Positions 11,500-20,802 of a stretch of DNA of 32,120 bases are shown piece by piece. Position 1 is the first letter of the stretch. The number at the start of each line of letters is the position of its first letter. Source of the DNA: a virus (taxonomy: Duplodnaviria; Heunggongvirae; Uroviricota; Caudoviricetes). The stretch lies in the IMG/VR virus record IMGVR_UViG_2579778894_000022, one strand, 5' to 3'. A program made the position numbers and the translations under genes. A model generated the notes under the pieces. It saw nothing but the letters and a program-made list of their open reading frames with translations, ran no database searches and had not been told where the DNA came from.

Positions 11500-11906
11500 G
11501 CATCCGCCTCAGCCAGCGCCGCTTTGATTTGCGCGCTGCTTACCGGTTCCCCCAGCGCCGCACTGAGGGCTTTCACTTTGGGTTCTCCTCCTGCGGTAAA
11601 GTGTTCCGGGTTTGCCTTATCCAGACCGGCAACGGTCGCACGGATACGGGCGTTCAGATCGCCCACACCCAGAACGTCCAGCCCCCCAGCCTCAGCGAGC
11701 GTTTCTGCTGACGATGCAGATACCACAGACAGCACGCTGTCGGCACGAATGATCGCCAGTTGTTCTTCGGTGACTTCCACGGTGTTTTCGCCACGTGTAA
11801 AGGCGATTCCGGCGCGGCGGTAGACCGGACGAAGGCATTTAATAATCGCCGTGCAAGTGATGCGAGAAGTGTCCAGCCATTGTGAATTAAGCGAAGTGCC
11901 TGACAT
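11496..11906 (-). CDS. Head-associated protein (Mu gene 35 position)
   Basis: 136 aa with a strong RBS (AAGGAGGAG, 8 nt spacer, ATG); immediately downstream of the major capsid gene. Confidence 0.65.
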   Translation of the reverse strand: MSGTSLNSQWLDTSRITCTAIIKCLRPVYRRAGIAFTRGENTVEVTEEQLAIIRADSVLSVVSASSAETLAEAGGLDVLGVGDLNARIRATVAGLDKANPEHFTAGGEPKVKALSAALGEPVSSAQIKAALAEADA

Positions 11907-11937
11907 AACACATGCTCCTCCTTTTCCTTTAAATCAG

Positions 11938-11967
11938 GTTAAAAGGCGGTCTGAACCGCCTTTTAAT
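11938..11967 (-). terminator. Intercistronic stem-loop after the major capsid gene (candidate attenuator or RNA stability element)
   Basis: AAAGGCGG-loop-CCGCCTTT dyad followed by TTTTAA on the minus strand, between the T stop and the next RBS. Confidence 0.3.
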
Positions 11968-11972
11968 GACGG

Positions 11973-12890
11973 TTACAGGTAGTCAGCGACAACCAGTTGC
12001 AGCTTGCCCTTCATCTCGTTGGAGACGGTGGTATTGCCATCCGCGAACAGTTCACGGTTAAGCAGTTGCTCTGCGGCTTTTTCCAGCCCGACCGGTACAA
12101 CGATATGCGTCGGCTTCAGGCCCAGCTTCTTACCGCCATCACCTTCAAAAGATCGCATCAGTTGCCAGCCCTTCCAGAGGTTATCCAGCGTCAGATCGCC
12201 TTTTACCGCGACAGCCATCTGCCAGAAGCCGTAACCGGCAGCACGGCGGGCGCTGGCACCAAACAGGAACTCGTTATCCATAAAAACGTGGTCGTCATCG
12301 ATACGGGTACGTGCGACCAGTTCCGGTTTGCGGCGCTCCTGGAAAATCAGCGGTTTGACTGCGCGGGAGCAGTCCAGCAGATAGAATGGCAGACCGCTGA
12401 AGCTGTCCTGCTCAACGATGTTGGAGGTATTAACCGCGCTGCCCGTGCCGTCCACATTCGGATATACCGGATGCTCCTTGTCGAAGAAGTTCTGACCGTC
12501 ATAGCAGGGCTGGGTAAAGCCATCTTTCAGAAGTTTAAAAATCAGCTCATCCGGCTGAACTGCCGCAGAACGGCCCATCTCCTGAAAAATCGGCGCATAA
12601 ATACCCAGATTGTCATCCTCGAAGTCATCACGGGAAATACCCACGGTGCCTTCAAACGTTTTATTGGCGATGGAGTAGCCATGCGCTTCCATTTGCTGAA
12701 TGGTTCGCTTACCCACCCATTCTTTCAGGGTCGGGAATTTACCCAGCCAGCCATAGGTATTACTGCGGGTGGAAGAGTTCACCACCATTGCAATTTTGCT
12801 GTACTGCGACGGGGCGTCTTCAAGACCGCCCTGAAAATCCTTACGCCAGGAGGTCATCAGGGCTTTAATGGATGCCGGGGTGACAATCAT
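11973..12890 (-). CDS. T: Major capsid (head) protein
   Basis: 305 aa, downstream of the protease/scaffold gene, followed by a stem-loop; matches Mu T in size and position. Confidence 0.85.
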   Translation of the reverse strand: MIVTPASIKALMTSWRKDFQGGLEDAPSQYSKIAMVVNSSTRSNTYGWLGKFPTLKEWVGKRTIQQMEAHGYSIANKTFEGTVGISRDDFEDDNLGIYAPIFQEMGRSAAVQPDELIFKLLKDGFTQPCYDGQNFFDKEHPVYPNVDGTGSAVNTSNIVEQDSFSGLPFYLLDCSRAVKPLIFQERRKPELVARTRIDDDHVFMDNEFLFGASARRAAGYGFWQMAVAVKGDLTLDNLWKGWQLMRSFEGDGGKKLGLKPTHIVVPVGLEKAAEQLLNRELFADGNTTVSNEMKGKLQLVVADYL

Positions 12891-13972
12891 TTTTCTTGTT
12901 CCTGTTTCATTTTCAGATACTCAGCCTCTGTAATGCCGAGCGCCTTCACTGCTGCCTGTTCATCAGCAGACAGCACCGCCACAGCCGTTTTTTCCTGCGA
13001 CGGGATTTTCGCTGTGGTGGTCTGCATGGCAGATAACGCAGCGATGGGCTGTTTTTTCTCAAGCTGTGCCGACAGTGCCGCCACGCCAATCTGACCGCCA
13101 AGCTGTTCCAGATAGGCACGTTCGCTTTTGAAAATGCGGCCTTCCTGTTCCGCCTTGTCCAGAACGGCGCTCAGGCTGGCTGTGGCGCTTTGTGCAGTCG
13201 CCTGTGCCAGTTCATCACGCAGGGCGTTGTAGCTTTCCACCGGGACGTATTTCGTCAGGTCAACGGCGGCTTTCTGTGCCTTTTCCAGTTCGGCGGATAA
13301 CGACGCCACTTTTCCGGCATCTGTTTCGAGCGCATCAAGCGCACTCAGGGCCGCGCTGGCCTGTTCATCGGTGATGTCTGCATTTTCGGGGACCGTCACC
13401 CCAAGACGCGCAAGCAGCTTGCGCAGCGTTTCATTCATGGGTTTGTTCTCCTGTTGAAGGATGTCGGGAAGGTCTGCCGCCAGTGCGGTCAGCTTTTTCA
13501 TGCCGGTGGCACCGGGGTCATTGGTCAGCGCAGCAAGGCGGATTTGCAGCACCGCACCGGTGGCGGTGTCATACGGAAAAACCGCAGAGAGATAACCAAA
13601 TTCACCGTCATCGATGCGCTGCTGTGCCGCCGCCGTCCAGCGTGGGTGGATAAATAATCCTTCACCTTCACGCCACTGCATTTCATCGGCGTTAAACCAG
13701 CCAGCCGCGACGAGTTGTTCCGGGGGTAATCCTTTGTCCTTACGTAGCTGGTTATGCTCGTAATCAATCAGCACGTCCTGGTTGAGCGCGCGAACGCCTT
13801 CAACCAGACGCCCGGCAATCTCACCGTCGATGAACCACCCCTGACCACCTGTCACATCAAACGGACGACCATCACGGGCACTGAAATGACCGGCAGGCAA
13901 TAGCTGGCACCAGCCGTCATCGTCAATGGACAGCGCACTCAATGCGGCAATGCCAATCGCGTGTTTTTTCAT
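12887..13972 (-). CDS. I: Head maturation protease / scaffold protein (the C-terminal coiled-coil part corresponds to scaffold Z in Mu)
   Basis: 361 aa; globular N-terminal domain then an Ala/Leu/Glu/Gln-rich coiled-coil C-terminal half (ELEKAQKAAVDL...AEYLKMKQEQEK). Confidence 0.8.
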   Translation of the reverse strand: MKKHAIGIAALSALSIDDDGWCQLLPAGHFSARDGRPFDVTGGQGWFIDGEIAGRLVEGVRALNQDVLIDYEHNQLRKDKGLPPEQLVAAGWFNADEMQWREGEGLFIHPRWTAAAQQRIDDGEFGYLSAVFPYDTATGAVLQIRLAALTNDPGATGMKKLTALAADLPDILQQENKPMNETLRKLLARLGVTVPENADITDEQASAALSALDALETDAGKVASLSAELEKAQKAAVDLTKYVPVESYNALRDELAQATAQSATASLSAVLDKAEQEGRIFKSERAYLEQLGGQIGVAALSAQLEKKQPIAALSAMQTTTAKIPSQEKTAVAVLSADEQAAVKALGITEAEYLKMKQEQEK

Positions 13973-14168
13973 GTCCTGCTGCTCATCATGGTTTGTGAGC
14001 AGTCAGTTTGCGGGAGGTGCGGGAAAATCTGGGGTTATGCTATTTGAGTAATGGAGAAAGAAAGTGGAAGGAAGATAAAACGGGATTCATACACCGTTAA
14101 ATACCGGTTTAAAAATCCCGTGGCGCGTTTTAAAAAATCTGTGCGGCTGATTTTATGCCTGATTCTGT
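13973..14168 (-). promoter_or_regulatory. G-I intergenic region: candidate C-dependent late promoter and candidate central strong gyrase site
   Basis: 196 bp non-coding gap, the only large one in the virion module. It contains a tandem GCGGGAGGTGCGGGA element sharing a 10-mer with the lys upstream region, plus a stem-loop just after the G stop. The promoter and gyrase-site roles are assigned from what I recall of Mu biology. Confidence 0.5.
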
Positions 14169-14639
14169 TTATTGCCTCAGAGCGACGCTGACGCGTTTTC
14201 TGATGGCATCAAAAATTTCCTGTTCCCCGGTCTTATCCAGCCCCATATAAGGACGCGCAGGAACGCCTGCCGGGCGGGGTGCCATATCGGGTGTACCGCC
14301 CCACTGATGAATGGCAGCATAAATTTTTGGCGAACCAATCAGGGCATAATCCTGTCCATAATCGGTGGTAATGCTGCGTGCCAGATCGCCATGCAGGGTA
14401 AGGATACTGCCCGGAACAAAACCATGATCCTGACGCCATGCCAGCCACGAATCGCTCCACGCTTCCCAGCCTTTCCCTGTATCCGGGTCTGCCTGCCGTT
14501 CAAATGCCTGTTCCGTGGATGACAGCAGCGCCGCAGCCATCACACGGGGAATGGCGCGGTCACGTGTAACGGTTCCCAGTTCATCCAGTGCAAGCTGAAT
14601 ACGTCGCACATCCACGGCAACGTTCATATCAAGACTCAC
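14169..14639 (-). CDS. G: Virion morphogenesis protein
   Basis: 156 aa ORF between F and I. Confidence 0.75.
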   Translation of the reverse strand: MSLDMNVAVDVRRIQLALDELGTVTRDRAIPRVMAAALLSSTEQAFERQADPDTGKGWEAWSDSWLAWRQDHGFVPGSILTLHGDLARSITTDYGQDYALIGSPKIYAAIHQWGGTPDMAPRPAGVPARPYMGLDKTGEQEIFDAIRKRVSVALRQ

Positions 14640-15955
14640 TTATTCACCTCCACATGCCCCTCCAGTACGTCAATCATCCCGTCAGCAATCGCGGCTTCAA
14701 GCGACTGTGCAGATACGCGGCTGATACTGACCAGCACATCCGCACGGTCATTCTGCCTGCCGACTGTCTGTGATGTTCTGACCACAATCCGGGCCATGCC
14801 GTCACGGGTTGCCACAACATACAGCAACTGGTGGTTCTCCCTGTCCCACAATACCGCCTGTGGTTTTGCCATCAGCGACGGCAGACGCTGTAAATCTTCC
14901 GGTTTCAGGGCGGCATCAGCAGTGGTCGCCAGACTTTTCCCGTTCATCACAAGCAGACGGGCTGGCATATTCCCGGTGCGCTGATGTACGGCTTCAGCTA
15001 CCGATTCCGTCATAAAACCCAGTGCCCGGATTTCATGACCGGTCTGACGTAATCCTGCCAGGCGTTTAAGCCAGAGGGAAAAAGCAAGCTGACGCTCCCG
15101 GCTGTTATTCAGCGTCTGAACAACCTGCTCACGCAACTGCGCGTCGCGAATTTCCACCAGTTTTCGAATCAGTGCCTGATCCGTACCAAATGCCGCCGAA
15201 CCGGGGTTATATGACCAGCCCACATCCGGCGTCATTTTTACCCGACCGTTGTCAAACGTGGTTGACGATGTGCGGAAAATCTCGCCGGTGCTTTCATCCG
15301 TACCGGCATCCACTTCGCGGGTATTCATGAATGACGCACCATAACTGACCTGTAACCCCAGTTCTTTCATGCGGGCCGCAGACAGCGCCCGGACGCGACA
15401 GCGGCAGTTCCAGCCATTGGGCGGGTAATGCGTCTGCCAGAAAATGTCGTCATACCGGAAAACCATATTGTGCAGCCGCGCATGTTCCGGGCGTGTTCTG
15501 CCATCCATAACGGCAATGTACTGCCAGTACGGGTACAAATCGGCGGTATTCATCATCTGCGCATAACGTCCTGCCCCATACGCCGTACGGGTATTGACGT
15601 TATAAATGGTTGCCAGACGACGCGGACTGCCCAGCTCGATTACCTTTGCGTTTCCGTCTGCATCCACGATGATTTGTTTTCCCCACCATCCGAGTTTTTG
15701 CAGCCGGGGGGCCAGTGTGCGGGTAAATTCCTCACGGGTGATGCCTTCACTGACAGCCCGCTCCACTTCCTCACGGATTGTGGTCAGTACATCCATCCGG
15801 GTGGCTTTGGCAACGGTAAAGGCGCGTGCGTGCGCGTCTGCCAGTTGTTCGTACCAGTTCCAGGTGATGTTGTAGCCTTTGGCGCGGAAATACGCGACAG
15901 CCTCCTTTGGCGGGAGGCGTGCGGCATACGCCAGATCAATGGTCTGCTGCGGCAT
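14636..15955 (-). CDS. F: Head morphogenesis protein (minor head protein, SPP1 gp7-like)
   Basis: ATG at 15955 preceded by GGGGG; the GTG at 15991 used by the ORF track has no RBS. 439 aa from this start; follows the portal gene with a short overlap. Confidence 0.75.
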   Translation of the reverse strand: MPQQTIDLAYAARLPPKEAVAYFRAKGYNITWNWYEQLADAHARAFTVAKATRMDVLTTIREEVERAVSEGITREEFTRTLAPRLQKLGWWGKQIIVDADGNAKVIELGSPRRLATIYNVNTRTAYGAGRYAQMMNTADLYPYWQYIAVMDGRTRPEHARLHNMVFRYDDIFWQTHYPPNGWNCRCRVRALSAARMKELGLQVSYGASFMNTREVDAGTDESTGEIFRTSSTTFDNGRVKMTPDVGWSYNPGSAAFGTDQALIRKLVEIRDAQLREQVVQTLNNSRERQLAFSLWLKRLAGLRQTGHEIRALGFMTESVAEAVHQRTGNMPARLLVMNGKSLATTADAALKPEDLQRLPSLMAKPQAVLWDRENHQLLYVVATRDGMARIVVRTSQTVGRQNDRADVLVSISRVSAQSLEAAIADGMIDVLEGHVEVNK

Positions 15956-17474
15956 CCAGACGCCCCCATATATCGGCAACAAAAATGGCACGGGTCAGCA
16001 TGTCGATAAGTTCTGCATCATCCATCTGCGGATATAATGAAGCAGCTTTGTTCATGGCGGCTTCCGGGCCATCTTTCAGCACAGAAAAAATGACGGGTTT
16101 CAGCAGGGGATCAACCGAACGCTGCCAGTCTTCCGGTGAGACGCCCATCCGGTCGATATCATCCTCCTGCGGGATATCTTCAGCGGATAATGCGGCCTCT
16201 TTCTGCGGACCGTTATCCATGACGACCGGTTGAGCAGTAAACACGGCTTCATCACCGACCGGCTGTGGAATATGAAGTTTTTCCTGTATCCAGGAGACCG
16301 GAATACGCATTCCCGCCGCCAGTTTCGGAATGGCGTCAGACAGTGCCGTAATATCACCCGCTTCACTGGTATCAAATACAATGCCCGGCAGGCGGTTAAT
16401 ATCAATGGTGCTGTCACTGTTCAGTGCCAGCAGGGGATAAATCAGGTCACGGTTAATACTGCGGGCAAGCTGGCCCACATCCGCGTTACGGATTTCCCGG
16501 CGAACCTCATCATGCACTTCACCCAGCGACCGTGCACCTTTATCGCCAGCCTCTGTGGTCAGGGTGCCGCCCAGAATGGCTTTTGAAATCGCTTTTTCTG
16601 CCCAGCCAATCATCGCCATAAAGGGATCAGACTGACCATCTGCGGCGCTCTGAAAATCCAGCGTCATCCCCATCGGAATAATGCCACCGGCACGTCGCCC
16701 GATATCCATCACGGCCTGCATCAGCGTGGCTTTTTCGCGGTTTGTGGAGCCGGTCGGATATTTACCGACGCGCATGGGGAGTCCGTAAATTTCCAGGAAC
16801 TCCGCAAAATCACGCACGGAATAGTTTTTAAAAATAAAAGGCCAGATAAGCGTGCGCACAAGGCCATTGGTGCCAACGTACCCGGTGCGGGATTTGGCCC
16901 GGTGCATAAACCAGCCGAATGGTTGCAGCTCCAGCCCGTGATAAGACGTATCACGCAAACGTAATTCGTTCAGATTATCGGGGTTCGCGCAGAACAGCGC
17001 CGGATCGCGATGATGCAGCGCCACCGGCACGCGCATTTTTCCCAGCCAGCCCCATTCAATCTCCTGCATGGAATAACCCTTGAGAATGGCATCACCGGCA
17101 TCAAACAGGGCATCTTCAAACCACGCCGCATCATGCAGATATTCATTCAGCATGTCAGCGTCTTTTTTCTCCTGTGCGCTGGCATCACGTGCCGGAGCGA
17201 TGCGCCATTCCAGCGCCTGAATGGCAAGGCGGCGTTTGCTCAGTTCGGAAAAAAGGTGGGTGTCCTTTTCTTCCATATCAAAGGCCAGGTCAGCCTGTGC
17301 TGTCAGATCACCGCGTTCGGCATCACGCAGCATCTGCGCGGCCCGGTTTGGCGTCACGCCACTGGAAGGATGCTCCTGCGTGCGCTTCATGACCATTGCC
17401 AGCTCATCGCTGCGGGTCTGCATTTCATCGTCAAAATCAAACGGCTGCCCGGAAATATCCAGAATACGGCCCAT
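15936..17474 (-). CDS. H: Portal protein
   Basis: 512 aa; ATG overlaps the terminase stop (TAATG); position terminase-portal-F is conserved. Confidence 0.85.
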   Translation of the reverse strand: MGRILDISGQPFDFDDEMQTRSDELAMVMKRTQEHPSSGVTPNRAAQMLRDAERGDLTAQADLAFDMEEKDTHLFSELSKRRLAIQALEWRIAPARDASAQEKKDADMLNEYLHDAAWFEDALFDAGDAILKGYSMQEIEWGWLGKMRVPVALHHRDPALFCANPDNLNELRLRDTSYHGLELQPFGWFMHRAKSRTGYVGTNGLVRTLIWPFIFKNYSVRDFAEFLEIYGLPMRVGKYPTGSTNREKATLMQAVMDIGRRAGGIIPMGMTLDFQSAADGQSDPFMAMIGWAEKAISKAILGGTLTTEAGDKGARSLGEVHDEVRREIRNADVGQLARSINRDLIYPLLALNSDSTIDINRLPGIVFDTSEAGDITALSDAIPKLAAGMRIPVSWIQEKLHIPQPVGDEAVFTAQPVVMDNGPQKEAALSAEDIPQEDDIDRMGVSPEDWQRSVDPLLKPVIFSVLKDGPEAAMNKAASLYPQMDDAELIDMLTRAIFVADIWGRLDAAADH

Positions 17475-19129
17475 TACCAGCCCCCTCGTTCAAACTGGTG
17501 ATAATCATCAAAATCATCGTTATCAACATCATCACCACGGTGGCGTGGTGGCAGCGCCTGTATGCTGTCCTCGTCGATAACAAAACCATTCATATAAGAC
17601 GCCCTGACAGCCATACAGAGCGCCACGGCAAAGTCGCCATGTCGTCGGCCTTTACCGCCTTCATCTTTTGTGCGCCCCTTATCAATCTGCGGAATACCTT
17701 TGTCCACCTTGATGTGGAGCAGGTCATCAAGTGTGGTCTGGTGCCGGGCAATCGTGATGTTCTGCGCTTCAAACTCGCCTTTCAGTTTTGGCATCCACTC
17801 CTGATACCAGGATGCGGTCAGATTCACACAGTCGATCATCTCCGGGCCATAAATCAGACGGGCGGCTTCTGCCAGATAACCGCCGTTACCGGTGGCATCA
17901 AATGCAGCGCCGGTAAAACGGGGCAAACGGGACAGAATGAATAAAAGGATTTGTCGCTGCTGGTCATAGGTCACATTACGCAGCTCCACGCGGAAACATT
18001 CGCGTTTGCGTAAGTCAGGAGTGATGGCAAGCGGCACAAACACCGACAGGTCGCCACGGCGTGCAAAGTCTTCGCCCAGTACGTGTTTATTGAGCGGCGA
18101 CAGCGCATCGAGCAACGGGAGCAGCTCCTGTTCACACCAGTCCTGAACGATGCCGTGGCGCATTTGTGGTGTCAGCGATTCAAAATCGTCCGGGGCTTCA
18201 AAACGCAGAATCGGGATATCCCGCGCTGGCGTCATGGCGGCTTCAATCAGCACGCGTGACAGATAAGCGCCCCCGGATTTTTTAGGAATGCAGCCGTATT
18301 CCTCGTCGGCACTCTCTTTATTCGGCGCATTCCGGTACAGGCCATCACGCCAGGCTTTTTCCGCTTCCGGCGACCACGGCTGATTCGTGACGTAACAGAT
18401 ACGTCGGTACAACCCGTCAGCGATGGCATCATCCAGCGTGATGCGGTGAACGCTGTAATCCTTGCGCCCCTCGCGCGCATCCTGAATGTACTGGTTAAAC
18501 AGGTTATCGACGCCGTTATGTGTCGATATGATCCGCACGTTGGCACCCCACATGGTGAGAGCAAAAGCCGCTTTCAGGAGTTCGTCCAGGGCTTCATGAA
18601 ATGCCGCCTCATCAATCACCACGTCCCCCTGCAAACCACGCAGGTTAGACGGACGGCTTGACAGCGCCTGCACCTTAAATCCGCTGTTAGGGAAACGGAT
18701 CATATAAGTGAGGATTTCTTCTTTTTTGTCGCTGTCCCAGAAGGTCTGCTCCCAGACATCAGCCTTTGCCAGCTGGTTAAAGGCGCGGGCAAACAGGGCA
18801 CAGGCGGCGATATATTCCAGCGCCATTTCCTGACGGGAACCCACATAAAAGACGTTGCGACCGCCACGGCGGCGCGGCTTTGCTGCCGTCATGACATTGC
18901 GGCCCGCTTCGGCCCATGTCAGACCGGTACGACGGGATTTTTCAGCGATGCAAATCTGGCTTTCATCCTCAAACCAGCGGCGCTGATAACCCAGGAAAAC
19001 CGGTTCATTGCGGGGCTGTGCTTCACCGATATCGGTCACGATATTCACGCCGAGCAGTTCGGCTTCCTCACGCAGGTTGATTTTGCGGGGCGCATGAAGG
19101 GCTTTAAGGTTGTTTTCTCTGGTGTTCAT
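17474..19129 (-). CDS. Terminase large subunit (Mu gene 28 position)
   Basis: 551 aa from the ATG at 19129 (MNTRENNLKALHAP...), which has an upstream GAGGG and sits 8 nt after the preceding stop. Deviant Walker A-like AEKSRRTGLT. The ORF track's 615 aa version is an upstream extension overlapping the previous gene. Confidence 0.85.
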   Translation of the reverse strand: MNTRENNLKALHAPRKINLREEAELLGVNIVTDIGEAQPRNEPVFLGYQRRWFEDESQICIAEKSRRTGLTWAEAGRNVMTAAKPRRRGGRNVFYVGSRQEMALEYIAACALFARAFNQLAKADVWEQTFWDSDKKEEILTYMIRFPNSGFKVQALSSRPSNLRGLQGDVVIDEAAFHEALDELLKAAFALTMWGANVRIISTHNGVDNLFNQYIQDAREGRKDYSVHRITLDDAIADGLYRRICYVTNQPWSPEAEKAWRDGLYRNAPNKESADEEYGCIPKKSGGAYLSRVLIEAAMTPARDIPILRFEAPDDFESLTPQMRHGIVQDWCEQELLPLLDALSPLNKHVLGEDFARRGDLSVFVPLAITPDLRKRECFRVELRNVTYDQQRQILLFILSRLPRFTGAAFDATGNGGYLAEAARLIYGPEMIDCVNLTASWYQEWMPKLKGEFEAQNITIARHQTTLDDLLHIKVDKGIPQIDKGRTKDEGGKGRRHGDFAVALCMAVRASYMNGFVIDEDSIQALPPRHRGDDVDNDDFDDYHQFERGGW

Positions 19130-19136
19130 AACCCTC

Positions 19137-19712
19137 TCATGCCTTACCCAGCAGCACATCACGGATACGCTGCTCCAGCTCTTCGCTGATGCCATCCTGC
19201 CCGCGCAGTTCTTCACTGACGGCGTTTGCCGCTTCTTCTGCGAATGCCTGGCGGATTTCTTTCTCGCGCCGGTGGCTGGACATTGCCGTGGATTCCAGAC
19301 GCTGTGCCGCCAGCATGGCATTTTTCAGCAGGTCAATATCCACGTCAGATTCCGGGTTTTCGATTTGCCGCATCATGGCCTTAAAAAGCTGGCTGCGGGC
19401 CATTTCCAGAATCAGCTTTGTGGTTTCTCCCATTGGCTTGTCGCCAAGTTCTGCGGTCAGTGCTGACGTCATTTCACGCATCTGTCGCAGGTTATGGCCT
19501 ACCTGCTCGACGTTCGTCGCGTAACGGTTCAGACCGGAACGGGAGAGTTTCATCTCATCCGGCAGGCCAGCGTCTTCAATCAGTGCGTTAATTTCTTCCA
19601 GAATGCGGGCCTGTGGGATCGCTTTATCACGCAGCATTTCATGCAGCGTTTTACGTACGTTTTCCGGCAGTAAATCCACTTTTGAAGCCCGGCCCCGTGT
19701 TTTCCTGTCCAT
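19137..19712 (-). CDS. Putative terminase small subunit / DNA-packaging protein (Mu gene 27 position)
   Basis: 191 aa from the ATG at 19712 (AGGAGG 4 nt upstream); helical, charged; immediately upstream of the large terminase. Confidence 0.6.
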   Translation of the reverse strand: MDRKTRGRASKVDLLPENVRKTLHEMLRDKAIPQARILEEINALIEDAGLPDEMKLSRSGLNRYATNVEQVGHNLRQMREMTSALTAELGDKPMGETTKLILEMARSQLFKAMMRQIENPESDVDIDLLKNAMLAAQRLESTAMSSHRREKEIRQAFAEEAANAVSEELRGQDGISEELEQRIRDVLLGKA

Positions 19713-19723
19713 CACGCCTCCTG

Positions 19724-20014
19724 TCATGCACGGGGACGAGGACGCTTGACACCGGCAACGCGGGCACGACCTTCTGCCACATCCTGACCTCGGGAGGTCA
19801 GCGTTACGACATAAAAGCCGCGCAGGTTTTCCACGGTGACCAGTTGCTGCTCTGCCAGCCAGTCAATCTGGCCGCGAACCACATCGCGGGAAACGTTGTG
19901 TCCGTATGCATCCAGACAGTCCTGAAGGATGGATTCGTTTGCTTCGTTATTGCAGTCCATCAGGGAACGCAGGATGACCAGACGACGGTCTTCGGTCAGA
20001 ATATCGTTAATCAT
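19724..20014 (-). CDS. Small winged-helix-like protein (Mu gene 26 position)
   Basis: 96 aa ORF with overlapping stop/start to neighbours. Confidence 0.5.
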   Translation of the reverse strand: MINDILTEDRRLVILRSLMDCNNEANESILQDCLDAYGHNVSRDVVRGQIDWLAEQQLVTVENLRGFYVVTLTSRGQDVAEGRARVAGVKRPRPRA

Positions 20015-20310
20015 GAATTACTCCGGTTTACTGCGTTTTCAAGCAGCAGCTCCAGTTGATGGGAAAATGACTGCACCCGCTGGGACAGCACCCGGATATC
20101 GCCGGACAGCTCTGCAATTCGCAGGCGCATTTCGTGTACATCTTCTGTGCCAGGGATGCTGGCGTAGCGGGTTTCCATTTCGGTCATCCGGTTTTCAAGA
20201 CGCTCCACACGCTCAGTGCTGGCAAAACTACGACGCATTGCCCAGACGGCCCCACCGGCCACAACAGGCAACAGGTAAGGCCATAACGCTAAAACTGAAA
20301 TCAAATCCAT
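20011..20310 (-). CDS. Membrane-anchored coiled-coil protein, candidate lysis regulator (Mu gene 25 position)
   Basis: ATG at 20310 overlaps the upstream stop (TAATG) with GGAG upstream. N-terminal hydrophobic helix LISVLALWPYLLPVVAGGAVWAM followed by a heptad-like charged region. Confidence 0.55.
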   Translation of the reverse strand: MDLISVLALWPYLLPVVAGGAVWAMRRSFASTERVERLENRMTEMETRYASIPGTEDVHEMRLRIAELSGDIRVLSQRVQSFSHQLELLLENAVNRSNS

Positions 20311-20504
20311 TATTCTGCTCCACGGCACCAGTGGCAGTAGTTCGCCATCGGCTGCTGTCTCAGCACATCAGGCCGCAGCTCACGACCGCAACCGGCACAC
20401 AATACAGGCGGGTCATACGCCGCCGGGCGGGGAATATCATGGGTATCCCCCTGCCAGAGTTCAGCGAGCAGCAGCGCCACCGCCCGGTTCTGGTCTTCGT
20501 TCAT
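20310..20504 (-). CDS. Small zinc-finger protein (Mu gene 24 position)
   Basis: 64 aa; C-x2-C ... C-x2-C (CAGCGRE...CHWC); RBS AAGGAAAG upstream of the ATG. Confidence 0.55.
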   Translation of the reverse strand: MNEDQNRAVALLLAELWQGDTHDIPRPAAYDPPVLCAGCGRELRPDVLRQQPMANYCHWCRGAE

Positions 20505-20802
20505 AAATTTCTTTCCTTCGGGTCTCCTGTTCCCGGACTGATGCCTTGTCGCGGTTGCACTGCCCGAGCGCCATCAACAGGTCAGCATTCCAGAGAAGGG
20601 ATGCTCCCCACGTCAGGGGCTGTGGCATGGGCGGAACGGGCGTTGCTTCCGTCAGTTCTGCATCAGTTTCGGGCAGGATCACCACCGATGGCACGGGTGC
20701 GTTTTTCGAGTTCCCGCAACCTGTCAGCAGCAACGGCAGGCACAGGACGAGTGCTGCAATTGTCACCGGTAATGGCGGTTGTAATTTTTTGTTTTGCATC
20801 AT
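20461..20802 (-). CDS. o-spanin (outer-membrane lipoprotein spanin subunit), overlapped with the i-spanin gene
   Basis: Internal ATG-ATG at 20802 inside the i-spanin gene in another frame. Signal peptide with lipobox LLLTGC, then a Pro-rich mature region. 113 aa to the stop; the C-terminal extent is less certain than the start. Confidence 0.55.
   Translation of the reverse strand: MMQNKKLQPPLPVTIAALVLCLPLLLTGCGNSKNAPVPSVVILPETDAELTEATPVPPMPQPLTWGASLLWNADLLMALGQCNRDKASVREQETRRKEIYERRPEPGGGAAAR

Noticed and set aside
10385-13094. Long plus-strand ORFs (10385..11230, 281 aa; 11997..13094, 365 aa) antisense to head and tail genes
   Set aside because: They lie entirely opposite strongly supported minus-strand structural genes, lack RBSs and have biased low-complexity composition; typical shadow ORFs in GC-rich coding DNA.
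17474-19321. 615 aa version of the large terminase starting at 19321
   Set aside because: The upstream 64 codons overlap the preceding gene and lack an RBS; the ATG at 19129 has GAGGG upstream and sits 8 nt after the previous stop.
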